The translations under genes and the position numbers were made by a program. This document shows, one piece after another, positions 55,559 to 64,000 of a DNA stretch of 64,000 nucleotides (its first letter is position 1; every line of letters begins with the position of its first letter). The stretch comes from Nitrosomonas sp. (lineage in GTDB: Bacteria > Pseudomonadota > Gammaproteobacteria > Burkholderiales > Nitrosomonadaceae): NCBI GenBank assembly GCA_016703745.1, contig JADJBK010000007.1, positions 1,413 to 65,412 of the forward strand, read 5' to 3'. Under the pieces are notes generated by a model. The model made no database searches. It saw nothing but the letters and a program-made list of their open reading frames with translations, and was not told the DNA's origin.

Positions 55559-57865
55559 ATGAAACCCAATCGTAACGATGCTACCAAGCCAAAAAAATCA
55601 TTTCACGAAACCGTCGCTGAGAACCTCATTAAACAGCTCAGGCAGGGCACTGCACCCTGGCAAAAGCCGTGGAAACCCGGTGATCCACTTTTAACATTAC
55701 CCCACAATCCAACAACTGGTAAACGCTACCGTGGAATTAATATCCTCCATCTGATGAGTCAGGGGCGTACTGATCCGCGCTGGATGACGTATAGACAGGC
55801 AGCAAGTCTGGGCGCGCAAGTGCGCAAGGGTGAGAAAAGCATCCTGATTCAATACTGGAAGTTCAATGATGAGCGCATTAAAAAAGATGAGCATGGTCAG
55901 CCCATTCTGAACAGCGAAGGCAAGCCTGTTAAAGAACAATTCAAGCTCGAACGTCCAAAAGCGTTTTACGCCACGGTGTTTAATGCTGAACAGATTGATA
56001 ATCTACCCAGACTTGAGATTACATCCCCTGACTGGGAACCGATAGAGCGTGCTGAGCAAATATTACAGGCATCCAAAGCCGTCATCCATCATGGGCAAAA
56101 TGACCGGGCATTTTACCGATCATCATCTGACGAGATTCACCTGCCGCACAAAGAGCAATTTCAAAGGCCGGATCAATATTACGCAACCGCATTGCATGAA
56201 CTGGGTCATTGGACTGGGCATGAGTCACGTCTTAATCGTGATCTGGGTAATCCTTTTGGTAGTGAAGCATACGCAAAAGAAGAATTACGCGCTGAAATTG
56301 CCAGCATGATTTTAGGTGGTGAACTGGGTATTGGTCATGATCCAGAACAACATGCTGCTTATGTGGGTTCATGGATTAAGGTGTTGGAAGACGATCCGAA
56401 AGAAATATTTCGTGCGGCTGCCGATGCTGAGAAAATTCAGGATTATGTGCTTTCATTCTCACAGCAACAAAAAGTTGTTGAACAGGAGGAAATCAGGATG
56501 GATCAGATCAAACAGGACGCACTGGCCGACAGTACCCGCCAATACCTGGCTGTCCCTTATGTTGAAAAAGATCAGGCCAAAGCTGCCGGTGCGAGCTGGG
56601 ACAATCATGCCAAGTCCTGGTACGTCGGAGACAATGCTGATATTCGCGCACTAGAACGCTGGTTGCCGGAGAATGTAGCCAACCAACCGGAACCTGCAAT
56701 AGATCCTCAGGCGGAATTTACCGAATTATTACGTTCTCATGGCTGCATTGTAGACGGCCATCATCCGGTGATGGATGGCAGCAAACAAAGAATTAAAGTC
56801 GAGCATGACGTTTCCGGCGAAAAATCGGGCTTTTATGTCGCGCATCTTGACGGTCATCCTGCCGGATACTTTATCAATAACCGCACCAAGTCCGAGACAC
56901 GCTGGAAAGCCAAGGGGTATTCTTTAAATGACGAGCAAAAAGCAGTACTTTCGGCACAAGCTGTCATTCAGCAGCAAAACAGAAAAATCGAGCAACACGA
57001 GCAGCAATTGAAGGTGGCTGGGGAAATCAAGGCATTGCTGGCAATCGCACCGCTAGCCAATGCCGAGCATCCCTATCTGTTGGACAAAAATGCCCGACCG
57101 GGTGATTTAAAGATCGTGCCACAGAATGCGGATGATTTACCAGACGACTCCATCATCAAAATCGGTCAGGATTGGCAAGCAGCCAAGATATTGCGTGAGG
57201 AAAATCCTGGCAGTATTGTTCTAACCGCTGGTGATTTATTGTTACCGGTGCAAGACATCGATGGCCAGATCTGGAGTGTGCAAACCATACAGCCTGGCGG
57301 AGGCAAGTTTTTTGTGACCGGCAGTAAAAAGGAAAGTAATTTCTACGTGGTTGATGGGCAGGGCAGAGGAGTGGGTGCCCTGGACGATGCACTGATGATC
57401 ATCATCGCCGAAGGCTATGCGACCGCCGACACTTTATCCCAAAGCCTGGATTGCCCGGTGGTTGCCGCATTTGATTCAGGTAATCTGCCCAAGGTCGCTC
57501 AAGTCTTGCATGAAAGATACCCGCAGAAGCCGACTGTGATCGCCGGTGATGATGATTTCATACAGGAATCGGTCAATGGTACCAATCCTGGCCGGGAAAA
57601 AGCCATCGAAGCCGCAAAGCTGGTGAACGGCGAGGCAGTTTTTCCGATTTTTGCACCGGGTGAGCAAGTGTCAATGAAGCTCAGTGATTTTAATGATCTG
57701 GCGAATAAAAGCACTTTAGGGGTTGAGGGTGTTAAGCGCCAGGTTGGTTCTGTTGCTGCGAGCGCATTGGAACAAGCCAGGGATCAAGGCAGAGCTAGAA
57801 AATTGACAAACGGTCTTGAACAAAACCAGCAGGAGAATCAGCAAAAACGAGCACTGGCCAGGTAA
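55559..57865 (+). CDS. traC: TraC-like multi-domain protein: ArdC-N, zincin metallopeptidase, Toprim primase (768 aa)
   Basis: APWQKPW..YRGIN, HELGHW..YAKEELRAE, YLAVPY..AGASWD, IAEGYATA, IAGDDD. Confidence 0.9.
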   Translation: MKPNRNDATKPKKSFHETVAENLIKQLRQGTAPWQKPWKPGDPLLTLPHNPTTGKRYRGINILHLMSQGRTDPRWMTYRQAASLGAQVRKGEKSILIQYWKFNDERIKKDEHGQPILNSEGKPVKEQFKLERPKAFYATVFNAEQIDNLPRLEITSPDWEPIERAEQILQASKAVIHHGQNDRAFYRSSSDEIHLPHKEQFQRPDQYYATALHELGHWTGHESRLNRDLGNPFGSEAYAKEELRAEIASMILGGELGIGHDPEQHAAYVGSWIKVLEDDPKEIFRAAADAEKIQDYVLSFSQQQKVVEQEEIRMDQIKQDALADSTRQYLAVPYVEKDQAKAAGASWDNHAKSWYVGDNADIRALERWLPENVANQPEPAIDPQAEFTELLRSHGCIVDGHHPVMDGSKQRIKVEHDVSGEKSGFYVAHLDGHPAGYFINNRTKSETRWKAKGYSLNDEQKAVLSAQAVIQQQNRKIEQHEQQLKVAGEIKALLAIAPLANAEHPYLLDKNARPGDLKIVPQNADDLPDDSIIKIGQDWQAAKILREENPGSIVLTAGDLLLPVQDIDGQIWSVQTIQPGGGKFFVTGSKKESNFYVVDGQGRGVGALDDALMIIIAEGYATADTLSQSLDCPVVAAFDSGNLPKVAQVLHERYPQKPTVIAGDDDFIQESVNGTNPGREKAIEAAKLVNGEAVFPIFAPGEQVSMKLSDFNDLANKSTLGVEGVKRQVGSVAASALEQARDQGRARKLTNGLEQNQQENQQKRALAR

Positions 57866-57932
57866 AAAATGATCAATCTCTTTGCCTTTCTCCAAACAAA
57901 GCAGCGTTCAATTAGGCGACAGGTTGAGCAGG

Positions 57933-58355
57933 ATGTGCGGCGGTATTGAATACCAAAATCAGAAGATTTATTTCCCGCAACCTGATGCGCGGCTGCCTGT
58001 GCGTTTACGAAATGGCAATGTCACCTGGGTAACGTGGGGCAGACGCAAGGACGAAGCCCTCGGTAAATTTCCAAATGGCGGTTGGGCACGCCTCAATTCC
58101 ATCAAGAGTGGCAAATGGAAGCCATGGCATCCAAGGCCAGTCTTAATTGTCGCTGATCAGTTCATGGAAAAAGATCAGGAGAAACAATCCCACTGGGTAC
58201 CTTTAGGCACAAGCATGATGATTCAAGGGCTATTGGCAGAAAGGAATGATGAGCTGCGGGTTTATGTGGTAACAGTCAGCACACCGCCAGAGTATGCCTG
58301 GATACATGATCGTTGGCCGAGGTTGGTTCGGCTAGATCAATGCAATGGACCCTGA
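57933..58355 (+). CDS. Miniature SRAP-like protein (copy 2)
   Basis: Same protein as 1435-1857. Confidence 0.7.
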   Translation: MCGGIEYQNQKIYFPQPDARLPVRLRNGNVTWVTWGRRKDEALGKFPNGGWARLNSIKSGKWKPWHPRPVLIVADQFMEKDQEKQSHWVPLGTSMMIQGLLAERNDELRVYVVTVSTPPEYAWIHDRWPRLVRLDQCNGP

Positions 58356-58518
58356 TGTGCATGGCGTGGTTTTGTTGGAATTTACAAAAACCAATATAGA
58401 ATTATCAAAAAATATTTGTGACAGCTCAGCATGAAGCAGGCTGAAGTGGATTACCCATGAAGGCGTGACGAAGTAATTCTAATGGGTTCTGTCGCAAATA
58501 TTCGTAAAGTGTAAAGCC

Positions 58519-58722
58519 ATGATCCGCTGCCATCTCGCCCGCATGATGGGCGAACACAAGATGCGTATTGCCGACGTTGCCAGAGAAACGGGCTTGAGTC
58601 GCGCCACGGTGACGTTGCTCTATAAAGAAACGGCGCAGAAAGTGGATCTGGAAACCATTGAGAAGCTGTGCCTGCTGTTTGAATGCCAAGTAGGCGATCT
58701 ACTTGAGCTGACCCAACAATAA
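58519..58722 (+). CDS. XRE-family regulator (copy 2)
   Basis: Same protein as 2021-2224. Confidence 0.85.
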   Translation: MIRCHLARMMGEHKMRIADVARETGLSRATVTLLYKETAQKVDLETIEKLCLLFECQVGDLLELTQQ

Positions 58723-58819
58723 ACAGGTTTGTCCGTTAAAAGATAAAGACCCTTTGATAAGGCATTTAACGACATCCAATAAACGACTAATACCAAAAAA
58801 AAACAACAGGAACTACAGA

Positions 58820-60391
58820 ATGACAAGCATCCAACAACGTGCCGCCCTACAACGCCAGATCTGGGCCATTGCCAACGATGTGCGCGGCTCAGTAGACGGC
58901 TGGGATTTTAAACAATATGTCCTGGGCACCCTGTTTTATCGCTTCATCAGCGAAAACTTTGCTCTCTATATTGAGGCCGGTGACGACAGTATTCATTACG
59001 CTGCGCTTAGCGATGAGGTGATCACGCCAGACATCAAAGACGATGCCATTAAAACCAAGGGTTACTTCATCTACCCAAGCCAGTTGTTTGCCACTGTGGC
59101 TAAAAACGCCAACAACAACGAAAGCCTGAACACCGATTTGGCCGCGATCTTTTCCGCTATCGAAGCCTCCGCTAATAGCTACCCCTCTGAGCCGGACATC
59201 AAAGGGTTGTTTGCCGATTTCGATACCACCAGTAACCGACTCGGTAATACCGTTAAAGACAAAAATCTGCGTTTAGCGGCCGTTTTGAAAGGCGTGGCAG
59301 GCTTGGATTTTGGCCATGATTTTTATGAAAAGCCTGATGCCGCGCAAATTGACTTGTTCGGCGATGCCTACGAATTCCTCATCTCCAACTATGCCGCCAA
59401 TGCCGGTAAATCCGGTGGTGAATTTTTTACCCCGCAGCACGTATCAAAGCTGATTGCCCAACTTGCCATGCACAAGCAAACCAGCGTTAACAAAATTTAT
59501 GATCCAGCGGCCGGTTCTGGCTCGCTGCTGCTGCAAGCCAAAAAACACTTTGATAATCACATTATTGAAGATGGCTTTTGGGGGCAGGAGATTAACCACA
59601 CCACCTACAACCTTGCCCGTATGAATATGTTTTTGCACAACATCAACTACGACAAGTTCAATATGCAGCTGGGCAACACCTTAACAGACCCGCACTTTCT
59701 GGATGATAAACCCTTTGATGCCATCGTCTCCAATCCGCCCTATTCGGTGAAGTGGATAGGTAGTGATGACCCAACCCTGATTAACGATGATCGCTTTGCG
59801 CCAGCAGGTGTGCTCGCACCTAAATCCAAAGCCGACTTTGCCTTTGTGCTGCATGCACTAAGTTACTTATCCAGCAAAGGCCGCGCGGCCATTGTTTGCT
59901 TTCCCGGTATTTTTTACCGTGGCGGTGCCGAGCAGAAAATTCGCAAATATCTGGTAGATAACAACTATGTGGAAACGGTTATTTCACTCGCACCCAACCT
60001 GTTTTTTGGAACCACCATTGCTGTGACCATTCTGGTGCTCTCCAAACACAAAGCCGACACCACCACCCAGTTTATTGATGCCAGTGGTTTATTTGAAAAA
60101 AACACCAATACCAACACGCTTACCCATGACCACATCGAACAGATCATGCAGGTGTTCGATAGCAAAGCAAATGTGGAACACTTCGCTCAATCCATACCGT
60201 TTGAGAAGGTGTCCGCTAACGACTACAACCTGTCGGTGAGCAGCTATGTAGAAGCCAAAGACACCCGCACAGTGACTAACATTGTTGAGCTAAATACTGA
60301 TCTAAAAATTACTGTCGCTAAGATCACCCAACTGCGTATTGATATTGATGCGATTGTTGCCGAGATTGAAGGCGATGAGGTTGAAGCATGA
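58820..60391 (+). CDS. hsdM: Type I RM methyltransferase, intact (523 aa)
   Basis: [22 protein letters not shown]. Confidence 0.96.
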   Translation: MTSIQQRAALQRQIWAIANDVRGSVDGWDFKQYVLGTLFYRFISENFALYIEAGDDSIHYAALSDEVITPDIKDDAIKTKGYFIYPSQLFATVAKNANNNESLNTDLAAIFSAIEASANSYPSEPDIKGLFADFDTTSNRLGNTVKDKNLRLAAVLKGVAGLDFGHDFYEKPDAAQIDLFGDAYEFLISNYAANAGKSGGEFFTPQHVSKLIAQLAMHKQTSVNKIYDPAAGSGSLLLQAKKHFDNHIIEDGFWGQEINHTTYNLARMNMFLHNINYDKFNMQLGNTLTDPHFLDDKPFDAIVSNPPYSVKWIGSDDPTLINDDRFAPAGVLAPKSKADFAFVLHALSYLSSKGRAAIVCFPGIFYRGGAEQKIRKYLVDNNYVETVISLAPNLFFGTTIAVTILVLSKHKADTTTQFIDASGLFEKNTNTNTLTHDHIEQIMQVFDSKANVEHFAQSIPFEKVSANDYNLSVSSYVEAKDTRTVTNIVELNTDLKITVAKITQLRIDIDAIVAEIEGDEVEA

Positions 60392-61525
60392 GCAGCATGA
60401 GTTATATGGAAAAGCTGCTTGATGGCGTTGAGGTAGAGTGGAAGGCGTTAGGTGATGTTGTTGCGATTAATACCGGTCAAAAGCCATCTGAAATTCTTGA
60501 TAGTGCGACAGATTTTGATTATATCAATGCTGGTACATCTAGGTCAGGATATAGCGCAACTAGCAATTGCGAAGGTGACACGGTTACAACTCCATCCCGA
60601 GGGCAAGGAGGGATCGGTTATGTAGGATATCAAAAAGATCCGTTTTGGTTAGGTCCTTTGTGCTACAAGATGAAGTCACTTGATAATGCTTTTTTGATTA
60701 ATAAATATATCTTCTATTTTTTCAATCAAAAAGCGCATTGTTATTAGGTTTAAAAAAAGAAGGTGGAGTTCCTGCTGTCAATAAGTCTGATTTGGCTAGA
60801 TTAGAAATTCCAATCCCCTGCCCAGACAACCCCAAAAAATCCCTAGAAATCCAAACCGAAATCGTCCGTATTCTGGACACCTTCACCGAGCTGACCACCG
60901 AGCTGACCACCGAGCTGACCACCGAGCTGACCGCCCGCAAAAAACAATACAACTACTACCGCGAGCAGTTATTGAGCTTTGAAGAAGGGGAAGTGGAGTG
61001 GAAGACGTTGGGGTCGGTAGTAAATATAAAAAATGGTAAAGACTGGAAGAAGTTAGGGGCTGGAAATATTCCTGTATACGGTTCTGGCGGTGTCATGCTG
61101 TATGTTGACACTTTTGCTTATGACAAGCCAACGGTGTTGATTCCAAGAAAAGGATCAATCACAAATATCTTTTATGTTGAATCGCCATTTTGGAATGTCG
61201 ATACGATTTACTACACCGAGATTGATACCGACCAAATTATTCCTAAGTTCTTCTATTACTTTATGAAGACGCTAGATTTAATGCAGTTGGATACTGGCTC
61301 TGGCAGGCCTAGTCTTACACAAGCAATATTGAATGAAATTAAAGTCCCCTTACCAATGCTGGCTGAGCAAGCTCGTATTGTTTCTATTCTCGATAAATTC
61401 GATGCCCTAATCAACTCCATCAGCGATGGCTTACCCCGCGAAATTGAATTGCGCCAAAAGCAATACGAGTATTACCGCGATTTGTTGTTGAACTTCCCAA
61501 GCCGGGTGCCGAGGTAGCGGCCTAA
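60388..61525 (+). CDS. hsdS: Type I RM specificity subunit (copy 2, apparent deletions near 60720 and 61497)
   Basis: Indels complementary to copy 1; same four 12-bp repeats at 60885-60932; consensus 379 aa. Confidence 0.92.
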
Positions 61526-61587
61526 TGCATCATCTAAAACCCGTAGGGACAAACTGCTCCCAGCTACAGCCATAAGGAAGGAACCCT

Positions 61588-62619
61588 ATGACCAAGCAAT
61601 TAAGCCTGCAAGACCAAAGCACGGAGTTCCTGCTTTACACCGCACCCAGTGGGGCGGTGAAAGTCGAGGTGCTGCTCAGTGGCGAAACTCTGTGGCTGAC
61701 GCAAAAGCGTATGGCCGAGCTGTTTGGCGTGGGCGTACCGGCCATTTCCAAGCATTTAGAGAATATCTATTCAAGCGGTGAATTAGATCAAAAGGCAACT
61801 ATTTCCCTTTTGGAAACAGTTCAGCAAGAAGGGAGGCGCGAAGTTAAGCGTAAGCTCGAATACTACAACCTGGATGCTGTGATTTCTGTCGGTTACCGGG
61901 TCAATTCTACCCAAGCTACCCAATTCCGCATCTGGGCGACAGCACTCATCAAAGAGTACATTATCAAGGGCTTTGCCATGGATGATGAGCGCCTGAAAAA
62001 TGGCCGCTTTTTTGGCAAGGACTACTTCCGCGAGTTGCTGGAGCGGGTACGCTCCATCCGCGCCAGCGAGCGGCGCATTTACCAGCAGATTACCGATATT
62101 TTCGCCGAGTGCAGTATTGATTACGATCCAAAATCAAAAACCACCCGGCTGTTTTACGCTCATGTGCAGGACAAGTTTCATTTTGCTATCACCGGCCATA
62201 CCGCCGCCGAAATCATTGCGCTGAAGGCCGATGCCAGCAAACCCCTGATGGGCATGAGCACCTATAAAAATGCACCGGACGGGCGGGTATTAAAATCGGA
62301 CGCTTCAGTGGCCAAAAATTATTTAAGTGAAGATGAAATCAAAAAGCTGGAACGCAGCGTATCGGCTTTTTTTGACTACATCGAGGGCATCATAGAGCGG
62401 CGTAACACCTTCACCATGGAAGCGTTTACCGAGAGCGTGAACAAGTTCCTCGCCTTTAATGAATATCAAATTCTGGAAGGTTTCGGAAAAGTGTCGCGCC
62501 AGCTGGCAGAGCAAAAGGCCCATGCGGAATACGACAAATTCAACAAGCAACAACGCATCGAATCAGACTTTGATCGCGAAATAAAAAAGCTACTGAACAG
62601 CAAGGATAAAGACGCATGA
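61588..62619 (+). CDS. rhuM: RhuM-family protein, intact (343 aa)
   Basis: RhuM motifs; ATGA overlap with hsdR. Confidence 0.9.
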   Translation: MTKQLSLQDQSTEFLLYTAPSGAVKVEVLLSGETLWLTQKRMAELFGVGVPAISKHLENIYSSGELDQKATISLLETVQQEGRREVKRKLEYYNLDAVISVGYRVNSTQATQFRIWATALIKEYIIKGFAMDDERLKNGRFFGKDYFRELLERVRSIRASERRIYQQITDIFAECSIDYDPKSKTTRLFYAHVQDKFHFAITGHTAAEIIALKADASKPLMGMSTYKNAPDGRVLKSDASVAKNYLSEDEIKKLERSVSAFFDYIEGIIERRNTFTMEAFTESVNKFLAFNEYQILEGFGKVSRQLAEQKAHAEYDKFNKQQRIESDFDREIKKLLNSKDKDA

Positions 62620-64000
62620 CGGATTATAAAACCATAGCCGAATCCAATAACTTTATCGTACTGGATAAATACAACAAAGACTGGAAAGTGGCCGAGAGCT
62701 ACCAGAGTGAAGACGCCTTAGAGCGCGAGCTGATTCAGGATTTGCAAAACCAGGGCTATGAGTACCTGTCTGGCCTGAATAACCCGCAGGCCATGCTGGC
62801 TAACGTGCGTGTGCAATTGCAGTCCCTCAATAACGTGGAGTTTGCCGAGGGTGAGTGGCGGCGTTTTGTGGAAACCTATCTGGATAAGCCCAGTGACACT
62901 ATCGTTGATAAAACCCGCAAGATCCATGATGACTATATTCACGACTTTGTGTTTGACGATGGCCGCATTAAAAATATTTATCTGCTGGATAAAAACAACA
63001 TCACCCGCAACAAGGTGCAGGTGATCAAGCAGTTTGAGCAAACTGGCAGCCATGCCAACCGTTATGATGTGACTATTCTGGTGAACGGCTTACCGCTGGT
63101 ACAAATCGAGCTGAAAAAGCGTGGTGTAGCCATTCGTGAAGCCTTTAACCAGGTGCATCGTTACAGCAAAGAGAGTTTCAACGGCGAGGATTCGCTGTAT
63201 AAGTACTTGCAGTTGTTTGTCATCTCTAACGGAACCGATAGCCGCTATTTTGCTAATACCACCCAGCGCAACAAAAACAGCTACGACTTCAGCATGAACT
63301 GGGCGAAGGCAGATAACAGCCTGATTAAGGATTTAAAAGACTTTACCGCTACCTTCTTCCAAAAAAACACCCTGCTCAATGTGTTGCTGCATTATTCGGT
63401 GTTTGATGTAAGTGATACATTACTGGTGATGCGCCCCTACCAGATCGCGGCCACCGAGCGTATTTTGTGGAAGGTGAAAAGTTCCCATGAGGCAAAAAAC
63501 TGGAGCAACCCGGAAAGTGGCGGTTTTATCTGGCATACCACAGGCTCTGGTAAAACCTTAACCAGCTTTAAGGCCGCGCGTTTGGCCACAGAACTAGAGT
63601 TTGTAGACAAGGTGTTTTTTGTGGTCGACAGAAAAGACCTCGACTACCAGACTATGAAAGAATACCAACGCTTTTCACCCGACAGTGTGAATGGCTCTGA
63701 CAGTACCGCAGGTTTAAAGCGCAATCTGGATAAAGACGATAACAAGATCATCGTCACCACCATCCAGAAGCTCAACAACCTGATGAAAAACGAAGGCGAT
63801 CTACCCATCTACAACAAGCAGGTGGTGTTTATTTTTGATGAATGCCACCGCAGCCAATTTGGTGAAGCTCAAAAAAACCTGAACAAGAAATTCAAACGCT
63901 TCTATCAGTTTGGCTTTACCGGCACGCCCATCTTCCCGCTAAATGCTTTAGGTGCAGAAACCACTGCCAGCGTATTTGGTCGGGAGTTGCATTCTTATGT
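62616..64000 (+). CDS. hsdR: Type I RM restriction subunit, runs off the window
   Basis: [19 protein letters not shown] start like EcoR124I Hsd[19 protein letters not shown] nuclease, [17 protein letters not shown]. Confidence 0.96.
   Translation, partial: MTDYKTIAESNNFIVLDKYNKDWKVAESYQSEDALERELIQDLQNQGYEYLSGLNNPQAMLANVRVQLQSLNNVEFAEGEWRRFVETYLDKPSDTIVDKTRKIHDDYIHDFVFDDGRIKNIYLLDKNNITRNKVQVIKQFEQTGSHANRYDVTILVNGLPLVQIELKKRGVAIREAFNQVHRYSKESFNGEDSLYKYLQLFVISNGTDSRYFANTTQRNKNSYDFSMNWAKADNSLIKDLKDFTATFFQKNTLLNVLLHYSVFDVSDTLLVMRPYQIAATERILWKVKSSHEAKNWSNPESGGFIWHTTGSGKTLTSFKAARLATELEFVDKVFFVVDRKDLDYQTMKEYQRFSPDSVNGSDSTAGLKRNLDKDDNKIIVTTIQKLNNLMKNEGDLPIYNKQVVFIFDECHRSQFGEAQKNLNKKFKRFYQFGFTGTPIFPLNALGAETTASVFGRELHSY

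Larger units (their letters stand above)
56498..62631. repeat. Copy 2 of the ~6.1-kb direct repeat
   Basis: Matches 1-6135 at an offset of about 56,497. Confidence 0.97.

Overview
This window is a conjugative-plasmid-type region from a proteobacterium; a Nitrosomonas-like host is a weak inference from gene style and was not checked. The backbone (about 39.9-58.4 kb) holds a winged-helix Rep with a putative antisense-RNA/leader-peptide control cassette and a downstream origin candidate, kfrB/traO, korB, trbA, a complete IncP-like trbB-trbN mating-pair operon with an inserted OmpA lipoprotein, traD, a multi-domain ArdC/metallopeptidase/Toprim traC and a miniature SRAP gene. A type IC restriction-modification locus (hsdM-hsdS-rhuM-hsdR) follows. 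The accessory region (about 6-40 kb) is dense with IS903-, IS3-, IS5-, IS6- and IS1595-family elements, MITEs and Tn3-derived minis. It also carries four type II toxin-antitoxin pairs, two resolvases, parA plus partner, an NRAMP-like transporter, a Cache two-component system, TetR/OsmC, and broken serralysin, dCTP-deaminase and GGDEF-EAL genes. Positions 1-6135 recur at 56498-62631. The first copy is cut by an IS903-like end at hsdR codon 6, while the second continues into intact hsdR. The two copies differ mainly by single-base homopolymer indels, so their frameshifts are probably sequencing errors. No relaxase, coupling protein, CRISPR array, rRNA or tRNA was found. All family calls come from manual motif recognition; no database searches were run.
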